Part shown: positions 39,172 through 47,681 of the stretch, in pieces | Numbering within the stretch: the first letter of the stretch is position 1 | How the letters are laid out: every line of letters starts with the position of its first letter | From: an uncultured virus (IMG/VR IMGVR_UViG_3300009126_000274) | Lineage: Duplodnaviria > Heunggongvirae > Uroviricota > Caudoviricetes | Reading direction: 5' to 3' (one strand) | Length of the DNA stretch: 64,000 bases | IMG/VR virus record: IMGVR_UViG_3300009126_000274 | Coordinates: 1 to 64,000 of that record | Notes under the pieces: model-generated | Seen by the model: only the letters and a program-made list of their open reading frames with translations | What the model was told of the DNA's origin: nothing | Database searches by the model: none | Made by a program: the position numbers and the translations under genes

Positions 39172-40041
39172 TTACACTTTTAGAAAACTATATATCATGT
39201 CGGCATAATCGTCATGTGAGTTCTGGCCAGGGTGGGCATTGTCCATAGGGGCTCTGTCATGCCATTCCCATCTAGGTAATGATACATCAGGATAATCTTT
39301 CAGGAGGCCAAATGATACATCTCTTGCATAACCACCCATTGCCAATTTTATTTTCTTTTGTCTAGCTATTCTTGCTATGTTATCTACATGTTTCCATAAA
39401 AATAATTGTAATGGCACTCCTTCCTTACCTGCTTTAATTTCATCATTTAGTTCGTCGTATTGTTTCTCATCAAAATTACAAAGTAACTGAACCCACTCCT
39501 TACTGTGCGGAACGATATTTGTTAGTGCTCCTAATACCTTAAACTGCTGATCTCTAAAAGATAATAATTTAATCTCAGGGAATGAAACTATTGCTATATC
39601 AATATCCATTAAATGAGTTACTAATTGGAATTTCTTGTGTACGACTAACATGTTGGCTCCTGCCGAACCAAAATTATATACACCGTAATTAGGAGGTAGT
39701 TTTTCTTGTAGTCTCTTAGGAAAACTATACTCTACACCCGCTCCCATAACATCACTAGAGCCAAAGCATCCTACCTTAATCTTTCTTTCTAAAGGAAAAT
39801 CATCTCTATGATTGTATTTGTTAATTTGATAATTCCAAGGATAATCTTCCCAACCGTATAATGTAGATGTTTCTACAGGGCCTTTAAAATCTTTTAATAT
39901 ACCATAGGGTGCTAGATCATCTAATGTTTTAAAGTCTTTGAAATTTTTTGCTATAAATTGTTCACTAGCGTAGTTGTTTTTCAGCGAGTCTTGAGATAAA
40001 ACCTTCTTCAACCATCCTGAATAAGTCACTTTGTCTGCCAT
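39172..40041 (-). CDS. SGNH-like hydrolase/acyltransferase
   Basis: FGSSDVMG, NFGSAGA, DNAHPG. Confidence 0.68.
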   Translation of the reverse strand: MADKVTYSGWLKKVLSQDSLKNNYASEQFIAKNFKDFKTLDDLAPYGILKDFKGPVETSTLYGWEDYPWNYQINKYNHRDDFPLERKIKVGCFGSSDVMGAGVEYSFPKRLQEKLPPNYGVYNFGSAGANMLVVHKKFQLVTHLMDIDIAIVSFPEIKLLSFRDQQFKVLGALTNIVPHSKEWVQLLCNFDEKQYDELNDEIKAGKEGVPLQLFLWKHVDNIARIARQKKIKLAMGGYARDVSFGLLKDYPDVSLPRWEWHDRAPMDNAHPGQNSHDDYADMIYSFLKV

Positions 40042-40045
40042 GATA

Positions 40046-41944
40046 TTAGCCTACTGAGAAACTGAACGCTTTATATGCTTTTGATTTTCCTTTGAGTGTT
40101 GGTCCACCAGTACCAATACGTGATTTGAATTTTTTAGGTTTAGGTGCTTTGTACTTGCCTGGTTTTTTAATTGCGTATTTTTTAGCTTTTTTTCCAGAAG
40201 CACCACGTATTGGTTTGGCTGCTTTAAATTTCTTACTGACTGTTGCACTTCTTTTGCCTCTATTTTTCATACGATTAATTTCGTTCTTTCTTAACTGAGG
40301 CATTAATTTAACAGAAATACGACTAACTAACGGCTGGAATCTTTTTATCATTCTTTCTAAACGTGCTTTCTCTGCTGGTGGTAGAGTGGATCTGTCCCTG
40401 CCTCTTAATAGACGTTTATAAACCATAAGTCTTGCACCACGTGTTGCCCTACGTTTTAATCTATCTGGAGTAGAGCCACGTCTAAGTGCTATACCACGTG
40501 CTACTTTTAATTTTTGTCTATTACGTCTAGCAGCAAAACGTCTTTTCATACGTCCTTGTACGGATAATTCTTCCGTAACTGCAATATCATTTAAAGAATC
40601 ACCATCAAAGTCATCATAAGCTAATTCATCTGGATCATATAATCCCATTTTAACTTCTTGATCAAATGTTATGTTCTCTGCTTCTTTATCTAATGCTTTA
40701 ACATCTTCCCAAGTAATTTCTCCACCTTCATATGCTCCTGTAAGGATGCCATCTAAGTTTGATTGCCATTGTGCATTTACTGCATTGTCTTCAGGGTATT
40801 TTTCTTTGGAGTATTCAGCCTGTAATGGATTTATTTGATCTAAATTAAACCCTTTATCTTCTGTTACTTTAACACCCTTCTCATCTTGTGGCTTTCTTGC
40901 TTTAATGTTTAAGGGTTTAATGGGATCATTTGCTGGATTGTCTTGTCCTGGTGTTAGCTTTTTAAAATAATCTCTTCCAATATCTGTGCCCCACTCATGA
41001 CTGCCAGGACCCATTGCTGCTTTATATTCTGCTGTTTCAAAGATCCAACCTATCTTACTATTAATAGAATCGCCTGCTGCTAATGCTTTTTGTCCTATAG
41101 ACCATGCTGGCTTAGGATATCTTTTTAAATTTTTGCCGATCCATTTGCCCTTAGGCTTATCGGATTTTAACGTGTAGGAACCTATTACGTTAGACTTAGG
41201 ACTTGAAAAAACAAACGCTCCATCTTTACCGCTGTCTTTTTTCTTAACTTTTTTAACTGGTTTTTTAATAGGACGACCAGAAGCTGCGTCTTCTCTCTGT
41301 ATCTGTGGGTGATGACTATCTTGTCCTACTCCCATTGACGGCCCTTTCCTAATCTTTTTTTTTGTCTTTTTAGCATAATGCTTAGCCATTTGATCTAGCT
41401 CTTTATCTGAAGGTCGTTTACTCCAGCTCTTAGGTGGATCGTAGTCTTTAGGAAATTTAATATCTTCTGCAAACCTAGCTTTTAATGCTGTCCTGGCATG
41501 CCTCATTTTCATTTCTTTTTTCCAATCACCCTGAGGGCCTGGCTTCAATCCCAATTTCTTTCTAATTTTGTTTTTAATTCTTTGTTTACCTTCTGTATAT
41601 TCAGGCTCAAATTGTTGTGTAAAGGTTCCTTCTGCATAGGCCTTTTTGGTTGAATGTTTCCCTTTACCCCACATACTATTTTTAACATCTTTCATAGTGG
41701 GTGTAGGTTTTCTTGTAGACGATATTACTTTTTTACTTAATATTTTTTTACTTAAAGCTTTGGTTGCTTTAATTTGTTTGTGTTTTTGACTCCAGCCCTT
41801 GTCTTGTCTTTCTAGATAATCTGCTGTTTTATAAACTGGATATTGTTCGTTAAAATCTTTCCACGCTGTTGCGTAAGCTATAGATTTTTCTCTTTTGGTG
41901 AGTTTGCCGTCCTTGGCGTAACTCTTTTTGATGTGTTTGACCAT
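40046..41944 (-). CDS. Lys/Arg-rich modular protein; probably the 3' part of a frameshifted gene starting at 43062
   Basis: The frame extends upstream of the ATG as KKKISEVAPPSAKHERMVKHIKKSYAKDG, up to an A9 run. Confidence 0.75.
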   Translation of the reverse strand: MVKHIKKSYAKDGKLTKREKSIAYATAWKDFNEQYPVYKTADYLERQDKGWSQKHKQIKATKALSKKILSKKVISSTRKPTPTMKDVKNSMWGKGKHSTKKAYAEGTFTQQFEPEYTEGKQRIKNKIRKKLGLKPGPQGDWKKEMKMRHARTALKARFAEDIKFPKDYDPPKSWSKRPSDKELDQMAKHYAKKTKKKIRKGPSMGVGQDSHHPQIQREDAASGRPIKKPVKKVKKKDSGKDGAFVFSSPKSNVIGSYTLKSDKPKGKWIGKNLKRYPKPAWSIGQKALAAGDSINSKIGWIFETAEYKAAMGPGSHEWGTDIGRDYFKKLTPGQDNPANDPIKPLNIKARKPQDEKGVKVTEDKGFNLDQINPLQAEYSKEKYPEDNAVNAQWQSNLDGILTGAYEGGEITWEDVKALDKEAENITFDQEVKMGLYDPDELAYDDFDGDSLNDIAVTEELSVQGRMKRRFAARRNRQKLKVARGIALRRGSTPDRLKRRATRGARLMVYKRLLRGRDRSTLPPAEKARLERMIKRFQPLVSRISVKLMPQLRKNEINRMKNRGKRSATVSKKFKAAKPIRGASGKKAKKYAIKKPGKYKAPKPKKFKSRIGTGGPTLKGKSKAYKAFSFSVG

Positions 41945-41970
41945 ACGCTCGTGTTTAGCGGATGGTGGCG

Positions 41971-43062
41971 CTACTTCGCTAATCTTTTTTTTTGGGGGCG
42001 ACCAAAAGAACCTATTTGGCCTATTGGGTTTTTGCTAGCATCTACTGATAACCCTGTACGTTTCTCTGCTGCTTTAATGGATTTTCTTGCTTTTTCTAAA
42101 CCACCAGACATTAATTTGGATAGGCTTTCTACCACTCTTTCTTGTTCATGAACCAAGCCTACAGTCTTGCCTTTCTTGTCTTTTACTGGTTTTCCTGTTT
42201 TTGAATATTCTTTTTTAAATATTTGCTTACCAGCTCTTCTAATATTCTTCATCTGTTTAGAATCTAACTCATGAGGTGGTGTATCAGAAAGAACTTTATG
42301 TGTATATCTTTTTAATGTAGCAGGCGATAGTTCTTGTAAATCGTTAAACTCTCTAAAGTGACGTGCATATGGACCATACTTCTTTTTTAATCTTGCTTTA
42401 GCTTTTTTGGCATCAGCATCTGAAATTCTAAATCCGCCTGTATCATGCTTTGCTCTTTCTAACTTTCTTTGTTTTTCGTCTTGTCTTTCTGCTTTTGATT
42501 TTTTAGCTGCGTCCTTGTTACCTTTTAGTAAAAGAGATGATGGGTACTTCTCTTCTTTTTGAACATGATGTCTTTTAGGTGAACCACAGCTTCTACATTG
42601 ATCACTTCTATTTTTCTCTGCGCCACAATCTCCACAGTCCCAACCTGTTTTGGCTGCTCTGCCACCGTCGTACATTTTTCTGGCTTCTCTAATATCTTCT
42701 ACAACATTTTCAGGTATATCTAAATACTCTGCTGTTTCCTTTACAGACCAATTAGTTTTAATACCTTTCTTTTTCATTTCTTTTTCTATTCTTTTATTGT
42801 GTAGCGCCATTGTTTTCTTATCAGTGTCTCCACCTGGGTCTGATTCAATAATGTTTGAAATTCTTTCATAAAGTCCACGATCACCGGAAAGTCTTCCTCG
42901 TTTACTAACCTTTCTTAAATCGTCTTTTGCCACTCTTCTTGCTCCTTTAGAGCCGGCTCGTTTACTTTGTTTAGCTGCTGCTGGAGAATAACCACCGGAA
43001 GTTCGGCCCCATGTGCCTGCTTTAAGTCTTCCAATTTTTTTGTCAGTATTACTGTTAGTCAT
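41971..43062 (-). CDS. Lys-rich modular protein with CxxC Zn ribbon; 5' part of putative frameshifted gene
   Basis: CGDCG...CRSCG; ELSPATLKRY module; ends 4 codons after CCC CAA AAA AAA. Confidence 0.75.
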   Translation of the reverse strand: MTNSNTDKKIGRLKAGTWGRTSGGYSPAAAKQSKRAGSKGARRVAKDDLRKVSKRGRLSGDRGLYERISNIIESDPGGDTDKKTMALHNKRIEKEMKKKGIKTNWSVKETAEYLDIPENVVEDIREARKMYDGGRAAKTGWDCGDCGAEKNRSDQCRSCGSPKRHHVQKEEKYPSSLLLKGNKDAAKKSKAERQDEKQRKLERAKHDTGGFRISDADAKKAKARLKKKYGPYARHFREFNDLQELSPATLKRYTHKVLSDTPPHELDSKQMKNIRRAGKQIFKKEYSKTGKPVKDKKGKTVGLVHEQERVVESLSKLMSGGLEKARKSIKAAEKRTGLSVDASKNPIGQIGSFGRPQKKRLAK

Positions 43063-43450
43063 CCTCTACGCCAATTTGTGCCTTATATTCATTATTTATA
43101 CTTTTTTCATAGTAGACAATGATAGTTTTCTGCTGTTCTATATATCTTTTTAATTCTCCCATGTTTAGGGATAGATTTTCATAGTCAGGGACACTAATAG
43201 CGAAGAAAACAAAGTCTCCGTAGTCTTTTTCAAATTTTTCTTTAAATTCTTCGAAGTTATCTGCTGTTACAGCATAAAACTGTACAGGATATAGATTAAC
43301 ACCCTGTGGGTGACCCATTATAGGTATGTTTCTCTCTACAAACTTTGTCTGTACCTGTACTTCTTTTGGTAATAAACTACAGCTACTCAGGCTTATCAGC
43401 AGTGGTAGCAGTAGAATCTTCAAAGTCTTCGAATAACTTTTTTGTTGCAT
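43055..43450 (-). CDS. o-spanin (Rz1-like lipoprotein)
   Basis: Lipobox LSSC after a hydrophobic leader; overlaps the 3' end of the i-spanin candidate. Confidence 0.72.
   Translation of the reverse strand: MQQKSYSKTLKILLLPLLISLSSCSLLPKEVQVQTKFVERNIPIMGHPQGVNLYPVQFYAVTADNFEEFKEKFEKDYGDFVFFAISVPDYENLSLNMGELKRYIEQQKTIIVYYEKSINNEYKAQIGVEDD
43093..43100 (-). promoter_or_regulatory. T4-type late promoter
   Basis: TATAAATA about 30 nt upstream of ATG 43062. Confidence 0.7.
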
Positions 43451-43763
43451 TATTTACTCTCGTTTCTATTAACCCAGGTTTCCTCAGGGTTAGCATTGTT
43501 AAATCATGTGATCTTAATTTTTCTTGTAAGGCATCGCCATATTCTTCTGATGCTTGTAATTTTACTTTCAATTCATCGTTGGCTAGTTGGAAAGCTCTAT
43601 TATCTAGCGTCATTTGATCTATTGTTTCTTGGTTAGTTGTTGCTGCTATTGCTAATGCAGCATTATTTTCTGTTAGTCTTTCTATCTTTCTTTCTGACAT
43701 CCAATAATAACCGCCAAAAGCTAGTATCATCGCAACTATTATTCCTATGAGTATTTTACTCAT
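43383..43763 (-). CDS. i-spanin (Rz-like)
   Basis: N-terminal TM followed by periplasmic coiled coil; overlapped by a lipoprotein gene. Confidence 0.72.
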   Translation of the reverse strand: MSKILIGIIVAMILAFGGYYWMSERKIERLTENNAALAIAATTNQETIDQMTLDNRAFQLANDELKVKLQASEEYGDALQEKLRSHDLTMLTLRKPGLIETRVNNATKKLFEDFEDSTATTADKPE

Positions 43764-43995
43764 TTATTTTCCTCTCTAACTCGTCTATCTTGTTTGCGAG
43801 TAAGGGATAGTCCCTTCTCCATTTAACTTCTTTTTTGGCCACTTCTATATCATATTTTTCAGACAAATAATTCATAAATTTATCTACCTTTAACTGAAAC
43901 CATTTGCCTGCTTTAGTATTTAAAAACCATTTAGCAAATGCTGTACCAAAGGTAGCAGTTGCCATTGATATTAATAATCTATAAACTATTAACAT
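43756..43995 (-). CDS. Small hypothetical protein
   Basis: ORF packed tightly within the late operon. Confidence 0.65.
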   Translation of the reverse strand: MLIVYRLLISMATATFGTAFAKWFLNTKAGKWFQLKVDKFMNYLSEKYDIEVAKKEVKWRRDYPLLANKIDELERKINE

Positions 43996-44615
43996 TTAAA
44001 TTCTTCCGCAAGTAGGAATCTTTTAAAGTCTTTATATCCTGTTTCGCCTTCGTTTAACTTCATGCCTTCTCTTGTTGCTTTATATAATTTTTTAGCATGA
44101 TCGTCAGCATGGTTAGTATGTAACCCTGCTTTAAACGATTTGTAATCACCATTTCTAGCGTGGTCTCTCATTTTTGTACCACTAATTCCTGCTACACCTG
44201 TAGCATCAGGGTCTCTTTGGCCTGCTGAAAGTATATGTATTTTCTTATAATTGTATTCTTTTCCATTATACTTTTTAGCTAATGATTTAAAGTCTTTTAC
44301 TCTATCACTACCAACTACCATTGTTGCGTGTGTATGTCCTTCTTGATTAAACTTCTTTAATTGGGCTAAGAAATGTGGGTGATCTTTTGTTGAATGCTCA
44401 AAATTAACATCTGGATGCACATGTCTTAAAAATTCTTTTTTATGTTCGTGGTGTAAAGGGTCTGCCTTATGATGTTGTTTATGACTCACTATTACAGCAT
44501 GATTTGCCCCTATCTTATCTGCATGTGACTTAACTTTATCTACGACTTTGCTATGGCCAGCAGTAGGTGGGTTCATACGGCCGTATGAAAATACAATATG
44601 TTTGTCTTCTGCCAT
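43989..44615 (-). CDS. HxGH-superfamily nucleotidyltransferase (phage 'cytidyltransferase'), His-rich
   Basis: FSYGRMNPPTAGH, MVVGSDRV, SAGQRDPD, ISGTKMR. Confidence 0.85.
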   Translation of the reverse strand: MAEDKHIVFSYGRMNPPTAGHSKVVDKVKSHADKIGANHAVIVSHKQHHKADPLHHEHKKEFLRHVHPDVNFEHSTKDHPHFLAQLKKFNQEGHTHATMVVGSDRVKDFKSLAKKYNGKEYNYKKIHILSAGQRDPDATGVAGISGTKMRDHARNGDYKSFKAGLHTNHADDHAKKLYKATREGMKLNEGETGYKDFKRFLLAEEFKC

Positions 44616-44616
44616 A

Positions 44617-44667
44617 TTAATTGCTACAAGTACATGGATCGCATTTACAGCTTTCGCATTTGCACAT
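44617..44667 (-). CDS. 16-aa six-Cys metallothionein-like micropeptide (not in ORF track)
   Basis: MCKCESCKCDPCTCSN; perfect SD AGGAGG 5 nt upstream; fills the gap between two genes. Confidence 0.7.
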   Translation of the reverse strand: MCKCESCKCDPCTCSN

Positions 44668-44681
44668 GATTGCCTCCTGTT

Positions 44682-44882
44682 TTATTCTTCATCTAATAAC
44701 TCTTGTATTTCTTCTTCTAGACGATACCATTCCATACCTTTGGTTACTTCTTGCTGTTTTCTCAATTCTTCTATTCTTTGTTTCTTTCTTCGATACTCTT
44801 TTCCTTCTTCAAGCATCTTGTCAACTACTTTCTGCAACTTTTTAAAGTCTTCGTCCCCCATGGTTAACATATCCCAATACAT
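44682..44882 (-). CDS. Small charged hypothetical protein
   Basis: SD AAGGA; in operon. Confidence 0.6.
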   Translation of the reverse strand: MYWDMLTMGDEDFKKLQKVVDKMLEEGKEYRRKKQRIEELRKQQEVTKGMEWYRLEEEIQELLDEE

Positions 44883-44886
44883 ATCC

Positions 44887-46038
44887 TTATCCTTTATTAA
44901 AATTAGCAGCGCTAAATTCTTTTCTGTCTACAAATTTAGAAGGTCTGCCATTTCTTATAGCTACAAATCCTTCTGGTTTACTCTCTGCTCCTGCTATCTC
45001 ATGCCCCCATTGTGACTTCTGAGATAGAGTGTTGGTTATAATATTCTTGGCCGATTGCAAATGTTTGTGCATATTCATAGGGCCTTCAAAGTGCTCTTTA
45101 TTCTTATTTATGTGATCTATTGTATTATCTTTGGTTGTTTGATGCCTGGCCTTAGCTGCGTCAGTTTTTACACCATCTATTTTCTTTTGATGTGTAGCTG
45201 AATGATGTTCTACAAAACCTTCGTGGGAATGTTCTGTCCCTGTTCTTACCGTGTGGTTTATATACGTTTTTAAAGCAGTAGAGTGCTTACCTACTGTGTC
45301 GTGATGTTCGTCTGGTGTGTTTTTAAAGTGTGCTACTGCTTGTTGTAGGTGATGATCTACTTGTTTCCTGTCCTCTAAGGAGTATCTATTTTGAGATGTA
45401 TCGTGTGTAGTATCCATCAAATGAACGTCCTTATGCCCCTTAAAATGGCTCATATCAGGGTTATGTACTGCCTTTAATGACTTAATGTCCTTGCCTTCGT
45501 ACTGTGTATGTACTGCTAATCCTAGCTTAGCTTTCGATGCTTTTTTACCGTGTTCTGAATCTGCCGGGGCGTGATATGTAATTGTATTAGGTGTAAATTC
45601 TACTCTATTTCCGTTCTGCTTTACCCCTGTGTGCATAACATCTGCTTGATATATGCCTTGTGGTTTAATTTTATGTGCGTGATCTAATGATGCTTTAAGT
45701 TTTTCTACTAAACCTGGCGCATGGCCGTGATTCTTTTCTATATCTTCAGGTGTGTAGTTTATCTTAGGAGTTTTATTGAATGCTGATTTAGATGCTACAA
45801 AGAACTTCTTTGTTTCAGGATGCTCGCCGAATACAATAGCAGGACTGCCATCGTATTTCATTGTAACAGCTGTGTCCTTACCACCCTTTCCAGATAGCTT
45901 TTTGTGCATATCATTAACGGTGTGAAAGGCATGTCCAAACCCTTTTTTGCCTGCATGTATGACGTGATCTTCGACATGCTCTAGGTGTTTGAGTTTGTCC
46001 TCATCTTGTTGTTCAGTTAAAAATTCAGTAAACCTCAT
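44887..46038 (-). CDS. His-rich protein with ligase-type nucleotidyltransferase motifs (DUF6267-like) and N-terminal capsid-targeting-like sequence
   Basis: KYDGSP (motif I KxDG), YQAD, EGFV (IV), KFVDR (V); starts MRFTEFLTE. Confidence 0.78.
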   Translation of the reverse strand: MRFTEFLTEQQDEDKLKHLEHVEDHVIHAGKKGFGHAFHTVNDMHKKLSGKGGKDTAVTMKYDGSPAIVFGEHPETKKFFVASKSAFNKTPKINYTPEDIEKNHGHAPGLVEKLKASLDHAHKIKPQGIYQADVMHTGVKQNGNRVEFTPNTITYHAPADSEHGKKASKAKLGLAVHTQYEGKDIKSLKAVHNPDMSHFKGHKDVHLMDTTHDTSQNRYSLEDRKQVDHHLQQAVAHFKNTPDEHHDTVGKHSTALKTYINHTVRTGTEHSHEGFVEHHSATHQKKIDGVKTDAAKARHQTTKDNTIDHINKNKEHFEGPMNMHKHLQSAKNIITNTLSQKSQWGHEIAGAESKPEGFVAIRNGRPSKFVDRKEFSAANFNKG

Positions 46039-46043
46039 ACCAG

Positions 46044-46051
46044 TATTTATA
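46044..46051 (-). promoter_or_regulatory. T4-type late promoter
   Basis: TATAAATA 5 nt upstream of ATG 46038. Confidence 0.75.
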
Positions 46052-46817
46052 ATAATTTAATGAACGGAAAATTTAATCTCTTCTTTACCGTTCCTTTTAG
46101 TTTTCTAACCTCTGACTCTCTTAAAGGAACATAAAAGAACTCATCATCTATATATTTTGTCTTTGACTCGTCACCTTTTACTATTCCATGTCTCCCTAAT
46201 CTATCTAAAACAATAGAAGTTTCTGTATATGTTACGTCTGCTCCTGTATCTAAAACTCTTTCTATGAATTCCTTATCACCAAAATGGTGGCCTGTGAAAG
46301 ACTCATCATAACCTCCAGCTTCCCAGAACGTTTCTTTACCTATTACAAAGCAATTTCTATGTCCTGGTTGTTGCATTACTGTTTGTTTGGCTGGTACATA
46401 AGCATGATGATAATATAATTTGCCTTCTTCAAACTTTTTCCTTTTTAATCTAGCAATATCAGGAGCGTACATACGCATATCCATATCAAAAAATGCTATG
46501 AAATCTGTTTCTGCGTAGTGTGCTATTAAATTTCTACAACCATGTGAGTTGAACCCTAGGTTTCTAGTGCATTTCCATAGCTGTATGGTGGGTCCTGAAT
46601 CAGGTATCCAAACATCTTTTAGTATTTCGTATGCTTGAAATATCTCTGAACCATCATCGACGATAAATATATCTATTTGATCTGGCCAAGTCTGCCAAAC
46701 TTTGATTTGTTCTTCTAAACGCTCCGGTTCTTGAAAATAAGTATAACCTGCTGTAAACCTATTCTTCAACCTGGATGTTCGTGATGTCTTCTGCGGGAAA
46801 GTCAATTGCGTCTCCAT
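46047..46817 (-). CDS. Glycosyltransferase family 2/7-like
   Basis: IVDDGS, RNL, DMD (DxD), GGYDESFTG..FGD.EF. Confidence 0.82.
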   Translation of the reverse strand: METQLTFPQKTSRTSRLKNRFTAGYTYFQEPERLEEQIKVWQTWPDQIDIFIVDDGSEIFQAYEILKDVWIPDSGPTIQLWKCTRNLGFNSHGCRNLIAHYAETDFIAFFDMDMRMYAPDIARLKRKKFEEGKLYYHHAYVPAKQTVMQQPGHRNCFVIGKETFWEAGGYDESFTGHHFGDKEFIERVLDTGADVTYTETSIVLDRLGRHGIVKGDESKTKYIDDEFFYVPLRESEVRKLKGTVKKRLNFPFIKLL

Positions 46818-47088
46818 ATCTTAACTGGAAATTTTCGTTATGTGTCAAATTATTTTGTTCATAAACTTCATGACCTGTTATAACTTCAATAACTGTGGGA
46901 GTAATTCTTCCTTCTAATATATGTTGAAGTGAAGTTATCATTGCACCGATTTCCTCTAGTGTAGGAACCTTGTTGGTTCTGCCTACAATGTATTCTCTAC
47001 TACCAACTGACTGCCACATAGGAAAGTCTCTACTCTCTCCTTTGGACTCCCAAATGTTAGTGCATGCTACGACCTTCAGTTGAGGCAT
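46759..47088 (-). CDS. Hypothetical protein
   Basis: ORF overlapping neighbours. Confidence 0.65.
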   Translation of the reverse strand: MPQLKVVACTNIWESKGESRDFPMWQSVGSREYIVGRTNKVPTLEEIGAMITSLQHILEGRITPTVIEVITGHEVYEQNNLTHNENFQLRYGDAIDFPAEDITNIQVEE

Positions 47089-47254
47089 CGTATATCTCCA
47101 GTTTATCTTTTACGTCAGCTATATCTATATTGTTTTTAACAGCTAATGTCTCAGCTGTATGTTTCCAATATGCTCTAAAGCTGGGTTCCATAGTTCTATT
47201 TTCTGCTTTTAAACAGTTAATCACTCTTTGTAGTGCTGTTGTTTTCATTTTCAC
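47057..47254 (-). CDS. Small hypothetical protein
   Basis: SD AAGGAG. Confidence 0.6.
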   Translation of the reverse strand: MKMKTTALQRVINCLKAENRTMEPSFRAYWKHTAETLAVKNNIDIADVKDKLEIYDASTEGRSMH

Positions 47255-47681
47255 TCCTTGCGGTTCTACTTCTGAGATCAGTTGTGCTAAACGAATGATC
47301 TCTTTTATTATAAATTATTTCAATTTTTCTTTGATGGCATATTGCCTTTGCTGTAAATTCCTTACTTTTATATTCTTCACCTATAATTCTTACATTTAAA
47401 GGTAAGGTTAAAAATAAGTCCTCTAAGTCTTTTTCAGTATTGTACATGACTATCTCATCTACAAATTTTACACCTGCTAATTGTATTTGTCTTTCTACAA
47501 TACTTTGGACAGGATAATTCTTCTCTGATCTATCGATGGTTGGGTCTACTTGTAAAGCTGCTATTAAATAATCACAATGTCTTTTGGCTTCTTCTAACAT
47601 TACAATATGGCCAGCATGTAGAAAATCAAACGTGCTACATGTTATTCCTACCTTGCCAACATCCTTATAATCTAATCGCAT
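47217..47681 (-). CDS. Glycerol-3-phosphate cytidylyltransferase-like (TagD family)
   Basis: STFDFLHAGH, LQVDP..DR.EKN.P.QS..ER, R.HSFSTTDLR. Confidence 0.85.
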   Translation of the reverse strand: MRLDYKDVGKVGITCSTFDFLHAGHIVMLEEAKRHCDYLIAALQVDPTIDRSEKNYPVQSIVERQIQLAGVKFVDEIVMYNTEKDLEDLFLTLPLNVRIIGEEYKSKEFTAKAICHQRKIEIIYNKRDHSFSTTDLRSRTARSENENNSTTKSD

